Positions 12,345 through 23,217 of a stretch of DNA of 64,000 nt are shown here, in pieces. A program made the translations under genes and the position numbers. Numbering within the stretch: the first letter of the stretch is position 1; the number at the start of each line of letters is the position of its first letter. Source of the DNA: Sphyrna mokarran (Eukaryota). The stretch lies in assembly GCA_024679065.1 (NCBI GenBank), contig JAGIQG010000011.1:60264001-60328000 (forward strand), read 5' to 3'. The notes below the pieces were generated by a model that saw nothing but the letters and a program-made list of their open reading frames with translations, was not told where the DNA came from and searched no databases.

Positions 12345-12680
12345 TTGAATCCCTATAATGCAGAGGAAGCCAGTCAAGCCATTCAGTCTGCACCGACACT
12401 GTGATAGAGCAACTTATCCAGGCTCCCTCTCTGCCCTATCCCTATAATTCTGTGCATTTACTCTGATAATCCTCTAATCTGCAACATCTTCAGACACTAA
12501 ATGGTTATTTAGTACGGCCAATCCATCTAACTTGCACATCTTAGGAGCATGGGAGGAAACCGGAGCAAACCTTCGCAGACACAGGAGAGCATGCAAACTC
12601 CTCACAGACAATCACCCAAGGCTGGAATTGAACCTGGGTCCCTGGAACCGTAAAGCAGCAGTGCTAACCATTGTGCTTTC
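12345..12680 (-). mobile_element. HE1 SINE, near full length (tail A), inverted relative to 11960-12300
   Basis: gaatccctataatgcagagg ... gggaggaaaccggagca ... gcagcagtgctaaccattgtgc. Confidence 0.9.
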
Positions 12681-13719
12681 TTAAATCAGTAATGAATATT
12701 TTGCTTGTCATTTGGAGCTTTCTTAATTTTAGAGACTTAGGAAAATGCTATGGGATTTGTTGAAGCCGTATTCCCTCTCTCAGCACCCCTCTTCAATTGC
12801 TAATGGATTGTAATATGCTTCACAGATTCAAATAATGTGATGAAAACTGAACAAACCTGAACAATATAGTTCTGATAAACTTCCAAATTTTTAATTGAAG
12901 AAACACTACTTAAGTATTCTTAGGAATAAAACTTCATTAAAAAGCAAATTTTAAGAGAAATGTTTTTGTTTTGTTTCAGAGCTGTCCAATGCATCCATTA
13001 TTTCCTAGACTAGGTGACCTTGATTTGGTTCTTCAATAATGCGTTGGCAGCCAAGATGTACTTGCGGCACTGAGACAATCCTAAATATGTGCTTGCAATG
13101 CTTGCCAGATAGAAGCAAAAGAAGGAAGGTGAATTATAACATCATAACAGCGCTGAGAAGGAGTTCCTAATGGAAAAGTCTATGGATTGAACAGAGTTCA
13201 TAACACAGGAAACTGCTTTACAAAGAGGGAGATTTGTACTCGTAGGAAGGAGAGAAGGTACTGTTTGTGTCGTTTACTATAGAACAGAACTTTGATATAA
13301 TTAAGTAAAGGATTCTCAAACTTTTTCCAGAAAAAACAATTTTCAATGGAATTTAATCCAAACTATACAAGTTACCACAAAACACCAAAATAGTGGTGAT
13401 CTACTGATGTATTGAGCTGAGAATTCATTAACCTGCAGCTTCATATTCTTGCGACATTCCTCAGTTATCTCACTACAATCTGAACCCACAACTAGCAATC
13501 TATCCAGCTACTTTGTTCATTCATTTTTTTTTTAAATTGGAGTTCTCTCTCATCTGCTAATTGTATCCATTAACAAAATCATTTTTAAAAATAAACAAAA
13601 ATGTGCTGCACATAATGTTTGATGTCTCATTCATGTTTTTGACTGGAGGTTTCAGTTAGATTCTTATTCAAACAAACGCTGCAAGTATAAAGCAGATTTT
13701 TGCCTAAATTGTGGCTAAT

Positions 13720-14996
13720 TTAGAATCTCTACAGTGCAGAAGGAGGCTATTCAGCCCAACAAACCTGCAACAATCCCATCCAGCCCTATTCCTGAAGCCC
13801 CACATTTTGTGCTGGTCCTCCTGGCACTATGGGGCGATTTTACCACTTTTTGTCTAAGCCCTGGGCAGAGTTGAAGCTGGGAGAGTTTCAGATCCATTTT
13901 TGGGCATGTTTTCAGAACCCTCCATATCTGCCTACAAAATTCTGAGCGAGCCTGCTGCTCATTGCAGTCGCCTGTGGGCAGGGCTTAACACACCGGAAAG
14001 CCTGCAGTGGAGGGTGTCCCTCTGATACTGCACATGCTCATTTGCAGGGGTCTGATAAAAAGAGAGCTGTCAGACCCCCTGCTAATACAGCCAGCCTGAA
14101 GCAGCTTCTCTCCTCTGGAATTGCCAGGCTCAGTGAGGGCCCTACTGAACACCCTCATTGCCCATACCAATTGCAGAACCACCCCTCCCTCCCTTTCCGA
14201 TTGATCGCTGCAGAGTGGCAGCAAGCCCCATTCCCTCTTCCCTGCAGAGTGGCAGCACTCTTCACCCCTTTCCCTCCCTCCCCCCAACTCCTGCAGAATG
14301 GCAGTGGGCTCCCTGCCCAATTAGCTTTGCTCCCACTGGCCCCTTCCCCCATTAGCCCCATTCCCAGTGAAGTCTGTTGGGCATTGCCCAGGTGTCCACT
14401 GGGCATTGCCCAGGTGCCAGGGTCACACTGTCAATCTGGCACTGCCCAAGAAGCACCACCTCATTGCTCTTGGCCTCCCCAGGGGGCCTCAACATCCTCC
14501 GGTTCCACTAGCAAGGCCAAGTCGACTGATCCCTGTTCGTGGGGGGCATGTCTATTTCTTACTGTGAGATCATGAAGGCGGGGTGAGCCCAGACAATTGA
14601 GCACAGGTTCACTAAGCAAATGCTAAACAGCATTTAAACACATCAACCTGCCTCTTACCTATTTCTGGCAGGAGGAAATGACACCAGTCACAAAAACTGG
14701 TGTCAATTGCATAAAGCACATTATGCCTGACTTTACCACCACACCGAACCCAAAAATGGGTGCAACGTTATGGTAAAATTGCCTGCTCAGAGTCAATTTA
14801 GCATGGCCAATCAACCTAACCTACACATCTTTGGGCTATGGGAGGAAACTAGAGCACCCACAGGAAACCTATATCGACGTAGGAAGAACATGCAGACTCC
14901 ACACATATAGTGACATGAAGTGTAGTTGAACCCTGGTGTTATAAGGCTGTTGCTGATGGCTATAAGGCAGCAGTACTAACCACTGTGCCACCATGT
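13720..14996 (-). mobile_element. HE1 SINE (tail A) split by the DNA transposon at 13831-14784
   Basis: Tail at 13720-13830; core and head at ~14790-14996. Confidence 0.82.
13831..14784. mobile_element. Non-autonomous TIR DNA transposon (Harbinger-like) inserted in an HE1 SINE
   Basis: TIRs ggggcgattttacca / tggtaaaattgcct. Interior resembles 44606-45679. The flanks are the two halves of one SINE. Confidence 0.72.
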
Positions 14997-16099
14997 CACT
15001 CTAAAGCTAACTACTGAAATTTTAATAATTAGCTCCATTTTGAAATAACAGACCAAGTAAGAGACTAACACAGGATAAAATATGTTCACATTGCTAGCCT
15101 TCATATAATCTTTAACTGCCATTAAACTGTATGTTCTGTAATGTGCAAAATGGGAAAATTTGCATTGTTCCATGACATGTATAAGCTTTCCCCTGTAGAC
15201 TATATTTACTCTGTTTTTCTAGACTGAACATGTATACAACAGCGAAAAGAAAAACAAAGGGCTAGAACCCAATTACATGAGCAAAATTGTACACAAAATT
15301 CTTTGCTACTAAATACCAGCTCGCCAAACGTACCAAATAATTCAATTTATTTTCAGAACAGCCTGATAAACAATAAGTTTCAGGTTATACAACATCGGTT
15401 TATTTTACATGGAACAGTAAATGAATGGCAGTGCAAAACAATACATGTTCCAGTAATTCACTGTCATACTTCATAATTTGTCCAAGGTAAGACTGAGCTT
15501 AACATGCACTGAATATTAAAAATTAAGGTTCACTGCTTCTGTGAAAAAAACTCATTAAACAAGCCTAATTGCTTTTCTGGCTAATGGAATATAAAATAAT
15601 TCCTGCAATAAACACAACTAGGAATAATATTCCAATTCCTCATATTACCCTTTATCTTATTAAGATTTCTAAGCATAGTTTGTCAATTACACAGGGAGGT
15701 TGTAATCATTTTGAAATGCCTGTGATACAAGCAATTTAATATTTCATCCATCCTGCCACAACATTATAAACTGGTCACTGTTTTCTACAATCAAAATGAT
15801 ATTGCAACCTCTGACAAAAATCAATACAAACATATATATATTAACTGATGAGTTCAGATTTAAAAAAAGCTTAATGAAATATTACTTGTTTATTCTCTCA
15901 TCAGATGCTAAAACTGACTTGTGGTTATGGTATTTTGTATTTTATTTCAGATGTTTGCAACTGCATTTCCTTTGCTTTTTATTTTAATTATTCCCTGTCT
16001 GAATGAAACAATTATTCTCTGTAGTTTTAAAAAAGCAGACAAAGGAATCAATTAACCATGTATTATTACTAAAGATAAGCAATTAAAGTAAAAGTAAAT

Positions 16100-17340
16100 C
16101 AATGAGGTTACATGCAGAATGGTAATAGTACTGGGGAACGTCATTCAACTCATTGTGTTTGTGTCATCTCTCTGCATGAGCAATTCAGCCAGTCCCACTC
16201 AACTCGCCTTTCCTACCTATCCTCACTGTTCAGGTATTTATCCAGTTCCCTTTGGAAAGCCATGATTGAATCTGCCTCAACTATATATTCAGGAATTGTG
16301 TTCCAGATTCTGGTCACTCTTTTCCTTTTTTTTATTTTTTGGATGTTACACAATTATCATTCCTTAACATTAACCATCATTTTTGGGTTTGGGGGGGGGG
16401 GGGGGTGTGGTGTGGTGGTTGGTTTCACAGCCAGATGCCCTTCCTGCCACCAATCCTCCGTTATCCAGACTGGATACAAGCACCGATATATAGTGGCTTG
16501 CCGCATCGGTAGCTGAGTTCTTTCATGGCCAACACAGACCTGGAGTAGGACTTGAACCGGGGGTTTTACGGCTGAGTTAGGAGAGCCCACCACTGCGCCA
16601 CTTTGGCTCCCTCCAGATCCTAATCACTCACTGGGAATAATGTGTTCGTCATGCCAGTGCTCATTGCTTCTTTTGCCATTCACCTTAAGTTAAGTTGTGC
16701 CCTCCAATTCTTGACCCTTCTGCCAATAAAAACACTCTCTCTCTACCTACTCTACATGATCCTTCATGAACTTGAACACTTCTGTCAAATCCCCTCCTCT
16801 CAGCCTTCTCATCTCTAAAGAGAATAACCCCAGCTTTATCTGTCTATCTACACAACTGTTGACTCTTACTCCTTCTTCCGCACTAATGTAAATTCTTCTT
16901 ACCCATCCTAAAATGCAATCTTCAGAATTGTGTACAATTCATCTTTTGAGGTAGAGTCCGTGTATAATGAAGATTTATCATAAACTTCCCTGCTTTTGTA
17001 CTGAGTGCCTCAACTTATAAAGCCCAAGATTATGCCTGTCTTTTTAACCATGCTCTCAACCTGTCCTGTTTGTTCAATTTTACATTAATTCTCAGTCACT
17101 CAGCGCCTTCACCAACTTTATAATTGTACCCTTCCTTTAATGATACCGCTCCTGATTCTTCCTACTAAAGTGCATCACCTTACACTTCTCTGCATTAAAT
17201 TGAATTTGCCACATGTCCGCCCATTCTACCAGCCTATGTCCTCTTGAAGTCTATCAAATGTTCACAATGCTCCCCAGCCTTGTGTTTATTGCAAATTTTG
17301 AAATTGAGCCCTGCACATTGCAGTCTAATAATTAGCATGT
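16100..17340 (-). mobile_element. Old CR1 fragment interrupted by a SINE
   Basis: tatttatccagttccctttggaaag...ttccagat..taatcactc, and ttacacttctctgcattaaat..atttgccacatgtccgcccattc (antisense W...WQ..FN..KC). Confidence 0.7.
16320..16611 (-). mobile_element. tRNA-derived SINE distinct from HE1, with A-rich tail and 18-bp TSD
   Basis: A box TGGCGCAGTGG and B box GGTTCAAGTCC on the minus strand. TSD tccagattctggtcactc (16302-16319) / tccagatcctaatcactc (16612-16629). Confidence 0.8.
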
Positions 17341-18782
17341 ATCAATTCTACTGTATGTCATCTCCCATTCTAAAAAAAAATCACACGTCATTCAGCCAAC
17401 TTTTCAGCTATCCTGTTCCTCTGTGTGAAAATTTTTTAAACTTTTCACTCAAATAACATAGTATTTAATCTACATCTATTAATTAAGGAAGTAAAATAGC
17501 ACAAGCACAACAGTAAAATATTGACTTGTCATTGATTGCATTAATTACTGAAAAGGCTGATTATCTGGAAAGGTTAAGATAGCACATCTAATTATTATTT
17601 TTAATAAATTACATCCTGCATCAGTTTGATTATTATGCTATGCAAGAACAGAAGAAGTTATTTAGCTGCTTAAGGCTGTTCCATCATTCAGTCAGATCAT
17701 GACTAATTTGTATATCAAATCCATTGCAGTACACTTTGTCAAAGCTAATTACAGTGTTGAATAAATTTGAAACTGTTCTGTGAATCTCTTCTAATATGTA
17801 AAATACTGTGCATCAAAACCCTGAAGATGCTTCTGTCAAACTCACATTGTGTAACCATCAATATGGAGTCAAGAGATTGGGATATAACTAGTCAAAGCTT
17901 TGCTATCTACAATTGCAACATTTTTCAGGAAAAATTAAAACTGTAATCTAATCCTGACCATCTAATCTAATTCACTCCATTGTTAAATTCAAAGCTGAAG
18001 AACTTTGGTAGTTTATGACAGCAATTGAATCAGTTAGTTTAAAGCCTCATCACTATTCCAAGTTAGCCAATATTATTGATTTAATTCATTTTCCAGAGAA
18101 GATCTTTTGACCAGTGTAATTTTTTGATATTTTGTTTGCTATTAGCTCTGGAATAGAAATTTCCAAACTTCTCTTTTACTTCAGGGAGCTAGCCATGATT
18201 TCAAAGCTGGGGCATGTACTTCAGAGATTCGTGCCAATACAATCAAGATAGCTACTGCCCCAAGTTTCTGACATGAGAATTGTTTTTTTCATTTTGGAAG
18301 CACTAAAGAGAGGAAGAGACACCCACATGTCCTCATTTGAGCTTCTTTAAATCTATTTTGCTCCAATGATTAGAACTGGAATTAAATGACAATAACAGGA
18401 TATTCACCCCATCGAGACATTGTGACATTCTAACATTTGCTATCACGTCCTTGGTTAAATGTTGCTATGTTTGACCTCACCAAAGGATTCAGTATAGCAA
18501 TAAAGAACCACTAGTGGGAGATCTGTTAGTGCACTTAATTTCTGAACAACACCAATTGCATGGCCTCTATTGGCCTCCTTCTGCACAGGAATGAAAACAT
18601 TTTACACTTTGTATTTTTAAAAACTGCATCTGCTGCAAAGTATAAAACATTCAAATCAAGTTATACCTTGGCATTTTTCACAATTATCTGCCTAATGAGC
18701 AAGTTATGTGTTAGCAACAGGAAGTATTTTGAATTCAACATGCTCACCAGTTCTTTTTCATTAAAGATTGGTTTTGAATTCA

Positions 18783-19047
18783 AATGGTTAGCACTGCTGC
18801 CTCACAGCACCAGGAACCCAGGTTTGATTCCTGGCTTGGGTTGTTTTCTGTGTGGAATCTATACATTCTCTCTGTATGCTCCAGCTTCCTCCCACAGTCC
18901 AAAAGACGTGCTGGTTAGGTGCACTGACCATGCTAAATTCTCCCTCAATGTACCCAAATAGGTGCCGGAGTCTGGTAATTAGGGGACTTTTACAATAATT
19001 TCATTGCAGTGTTAATGTAAGCCTACTTGTGACACTAACAAATAAAT
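18783..19047 (+). mobile_element. HE1-type SINE (tail B)
   Basis: tggttagcactgctgcctcacagc...gcctacttgtgacactaacaaataaa. Confidence 0.9.
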
Positions 19048-20249
19048 ATCTAGTGGAAGAAATTCCAAATATTCAGTATGCTGCAAATTAGAAATCTACC
19101 TCCTTGCTTTCATACATCATTCATTTGGAAACTCACGCTATTTCTCTCCACACATTCAATAGCTTCTTCAAATATCCTTCTGTTCATCTCCTGGAAATTT
19201 AGTTAGTTAGTTCTTCTTCTCATATCCTATTATATGTTGCCTCTTTGGATAACTTACTGCATGAAAAGAAACCATATAAAAAGGTACAAGGTAGCGATCT
19301 GCATTACGTAGCTCTAATTTTGGCTGGACTTGTGATATAATTTCCAGTCCCAAACTCCATTCATGTTCAGTGTCAATTATTATAAATAACTTCAGGTAAT
19401 AATGAGCTGTGCAATATACTGGTACTGTATTGGAAACTGAATGCTCCACAAGTACACTAAGCTCAAGATAAACTGCAACAAAGTGGCATAAATAGAAAAT
19501 TAATACATCAATTATACAATAAATGCTGACCACATGGGGAAAATCTTAGAAGTTAATACTCTATTAAGACAACACATAATTGAAAATATACTAACAAGCA
19601 CATTCAACACTGCACAGTGAAGTTAAGATTGTAAACTCGGATGCAAAATATTGTGTGATGAACTGTTCTCCCAAATGGTATACAATTGAAATCTTTCACT
19701 AATAGCATATTCTGTCATATAGCACCACCGACATCTCCATAATAGTTGTGAAGGATATTGAATCATTAAAAAAAATTGTTGCACTGTAATTTAAATCACC
19801 TTGCTCATTAGAATATATTACGTTCCTTGACACAACCTTATTCATTAATTTGCTATCACTATAGTACAAAAGAATGCATCACAGCAATGAGAACATAGTT
19901 CCTTGGTGCCAGTTTTGCAATAGTGCTAGAACTGCTTCTGATAATGAGCTGATTCAGATAAGATGGTCTCATCCAATTATGCTGTGGAACATGTAGAAAT
20001 CCTGCAGTGGATTTTTAAAAGCAACTTGGGTACTCATAGAACAAATGTTCTTAACCCCCAAATATTCAAAGTAGATAATTACTTCATCAATTGTTTCAAA
20101 ATAATCCAGTAGATCTCACTAACAATCCAAGGCTGGTAATTGGAATCAGTAATTTTTGCGTGTATGGGCCTGTTCCATTTGTAAGTATGGATAAGTCATA
20201 TAACCAGTTATCTGAAGGTGTATTTGTATTGTGGCTTTCACATTTTTAG

Positions 20250-20470
20250 GATATCCCTAAACATGTAATCATAGTTTTATGTAGGCAAAAGAGCAGGCAG
20301 TTTACAAACAGCAATGATAAGTGGCCAGTTACATAGTAGTGCTTGTTCTGGAAGTTATATTGTAGGGACACGAGAGAACTCCCTAGCTTTCTTCAATTGT
20401 TACCACGGGATCTTTTGCAAGGGGAACAGATCTCTTCAACAGTATTCCAAGTACAGCACAACATAAATTT
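20250..20470 (-). mobile_element. Old Deu-domain SINE fragment
   Basis: acaaacagcaatgataag..ccag ... gggacacgagagaactccctagctttcttcaatt..taccacgggatctttt. Confidence 0.55.
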
Positions 20471-20607
20471 ATTACGTTTCCACTGAAAAAGAAAACATTT
20501 AAAATAGCAACTGTTCCCTTCCAAATGGCCTGTTGTACCTTTGGGGCATTGTCTCTTATTTATTACAGTGGCCCATCATATTTTGAATTACCATACAATC
20601 CAAGAAA

Positions 20608-20870
20608 AATATTTACTTATTATTGTCACAAGTAGGCTTACATTAATACTGCAATGAAGTTACCGTGAAAATCCCTTAGTCACCACCTCTGACACCTGCT
20701 TGAGTACACTGAGGGAGAATTTAAGATGGCCAATGCACCTAACCAGCATGTCTTTTGCACTGAGTGCAAACCGGAGCACCTGCAGACACCGACAGTGGCC
20801 CAAGCTGGAAATGGAACCCGATCCCTAGCGCTGTAAGGCAGCAGTGCTAACGATCGTGTCACAATGCCAC
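20608..20870 (-). mobile_element. HE1-type SINE (tail B, internal deletion)
   Basis: Antisense tail B and head, with a shortened core. Confidence 0.87.
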
Positions 20871-21607
20871 CTCAGGTTATACCAGGTATTTCCTAAGGAA
20901 ACGAGCAGTCTTCGATATGTATTTTTACTGAGGAGAACTACAATTTCTAAGTTAGCGATAATGCATAGTCTCTTTTTGGGAGAAACACTATATTTTGTGT
21001 ATATGTACATACACATATTTAATACACAGGCACGCATATATATGACCCACTTAATGTTTGCTTTTATGAGGTCTTTCTTTAGAAAATACCGAGGAAATGA
21101 ATTTAGTGCAAGGACAAGTACCAACTAATTGGTTATTACAATGTTATTCTGTGAATGTCTCCATGTCCCGATGAGAAGTGGATTAAGTATCCCTCAATTA
21201 TATCCCGAGAAACCTGTCTAACTTGCGCAATACTTCGGTCTCAGTTCTGTTTCGCAATTATTTGACAAGCGTGTGGCCTAGAATGGTGTAAAGAACCCGG
21301 GCAGGTCGGAAAATTGAACAGACAGGGAGGCAGGAATTCCGCAGCCGGCAGTTACTGCTGAATAAGGGAGGGAAATAAGCAATCGTTAAAAGTTTCAATG
21401 TAACAGCGGAGGGGGGAGAAAGCAGCTGCTAGCGAGCAAACCCTGCATTGCCATCTGGTTGCCGAGTAACAAGAAATCTGAAATGACAATGATGATTATA
21501 AGACCATGCCGATAAGTAAAAACAGGTTCCTGCCTGCACACACACCAAACCCACTGCAATCAAAGATCTGATCTGATTTCAATCTTACAACCAGCGAGTG
21601 TACCCAC

Positions 21608-21967
21608 CCAGGGCGGTAGATCTTGCTTAATCTCATTAGTAATCACAAACTTCTCGTCTTCCAGTAATTGGAATGCTGCTTGCAAGCGGGCAAGTTTCCA
21701 GCCCCGGTTCCTCTTCCACCAAATCCAGATGAGGAGGCCGAAGATGATCCAGGTGAGACTCAGTCCGAAGTAGCCGGTCAGGTAGACGGGGAAGAGGTAG
21801 CTGAAAGCCTTGGCGAATTGTGTCAGCAGCTCCATCAAGCCCGGCAGCAGAGGGCTGTTCTCTGTCATCTCGCTGCAAAGTATCTCCGAGGACACTGAGG
21901 CTCTCCGCTCCGAGAAGGAGATACTCTCCTTGCCTCCCAATTTCTTCACTTCCGCGGCGCCCCTCAT
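21608..21967 (-). CDS. ESYT3: Extended synaptotagmin-3, coding exon 1 (N-terminus and hairpin membrane anchor), 120 codons
   Basis: First in-frame ATG at 21967 gives MRGAAEV...LFPVYLTGYFGLSLTWIIFGLLIWIWWKRNRGWKLARLQAAFQLLEDEKFVITNEIKQDLPPW, followed by donor GTGGGT at 21607. This matches the ESYT3-type motifs PVYL.GY.GLS..W and WW.RNR..KL.RL.AAF..L..E...LP.W. Length 360 nt, phase 0. Confidence 0.93.
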
Positions 21968-22070
21968 CTTTGCCTCCACAACCCCTTTTTTTATTTTTTC
22001 CTTCCTCTTTTCGGGAAGAAACTTCTACGATTGAGCCCAGTTTCAGCACTGCAAATCCTCTGTGTTTATA

Positions 22071-22089
22071 CACACACACACACACACAC
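22071..22089. repeat. (CA)n microsatellite upstream of the ESYT3 ATG
   Basis: cacacacacacacacacac read directly. Confidence 0.95.
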
Positions 22090-22410
22090 GCCACTCCTAC
22101 TCAGCTCTTAACCCTCCGGTCCCTCCTGCTCCGGGGGCATCACGGATTTGTGGCTGGAGTCGCGGCTTCTCCACTAACCCTCCACCCTCTCTCATCACTG
22201 CGCAAAACAAACTCTGTCCGCCTCCACTGAGAGAGACACTCCCCCCTCCAGCCAGCCTGACTCTGCTGCCTCCTCCTCCCCCTTGCTGGCAACTTTATTG
22301 ATTGACTGCTTGTTAATGCCGAAACTGAAACCATCCGGTAACATTTGCACCTTTTACTTTAGATGATATTTAAAATGCACTGCACATTATTGGGAAGTAT
22401 TACCCTCTTG

Positions 22411-22452
22411 CCCCCCCTCCCCCCCCCCCCCCCCCCCCCCCCCCCGCCCCCC
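22411..22452. repeat. Poly-C tract (~42 nt; poly-G on the minus strand)
   Basis: Read directly; three single-base interruptions. Confidence 0.95.
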
Positions 22453-22924
22453 GCTTAGACCAAGGAATCTGCCCCTCTGTGTTGCTCAGTCCAAATCCAA
22501 TTTCTGCCCAGTTCGGATCAATGGATGTCAGTGAAGTCAGTGGCAGGTGCAAACACATTCTCAGCTGCAGGTCTGAAGCCTGACACCAGTGCTCTTTTCA
22601 ACAATGAAATGTGACACCTGAAACATAACAGACATGTACGAGATTCACTGTTTAAAAAAAAATCTGGAGAAAATATCATATCTTCGACCATTAAAATCGG
22701 GAAAATAAAAATTGCCAGTGATTCTGAAAGCATCTGACCTGTAGCGCTCTATTGAGATGGGGCTTTGGAAATTTATTAATTTAGATTCTCTGGGGTCTGC
22801 TGTGAGTTGTCTTTCTATTTTTTTCATGCATTAAACAAAAGAGCAGAACCTAGAAATCAACTCCCCAATCAAATGGCACAAAAACTCCTCACTCATTGTA
22901 AGAGGTATCCCTATAAATAAGACT

Positions 22925-23217
22925 TATTTTTATTTGTCACAAGTAGGCTTACGTTAACGTTGCAATGAAGTTACTGTGAAAATCCTCTGGTCGCTACACT
23001 CTGGCACCTGTTCAGGTAAACTGAGAGAGAATGTAGCATGGCCAATACACCAAACTAGCATATCTTTCAGACTGTGGGAGGAAACCGGAGCACCCAGAGG
23101 AAACCCATGCAGACACGAGGAGAACATGCAAACTCCACACAGACAGTGACCCAAGACAGGAATTGAACTCAGGCCCCTGGTGCTGTGTGGCAGCAGTGTT
23201 AACCATTGTACCACCCA
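22925..23217 (-). mobile_element. HE1-type SINE (tail B), full length
   Basis: Antisense tail B, core and head. Confidence 0.92.

Larger units (their letters stand above)
21968..22460 (-). promoter_or_regulatory. Probable ESYT3 5'UTR and promoter (GC/CpG-enriched)
   Basis: Local rise in GC and CpG from about 21.2 to 22.45 kb in otherwise AT-rich, CpG-poor DNA, directly upstream of the first coding exon. The TSS cannot be located from sequence. Confidence 0.65.

Noticed and set aside
13985-14575. Pro/Gly-rich ORFs of 111-177 aa (also 44808-45323)
   Set aside because: They fall inside GC-rich non-autonomous TIR elements, are open on both strands and contain no recognisable domain.
21560-21979. 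139-aa ORF as a complete single-exon gene starting at 21979
   Set aside because: The listed start is GTG; the first ATG is at 21967. Residues after LPPW are intron read-through past the GT donor at 21607.
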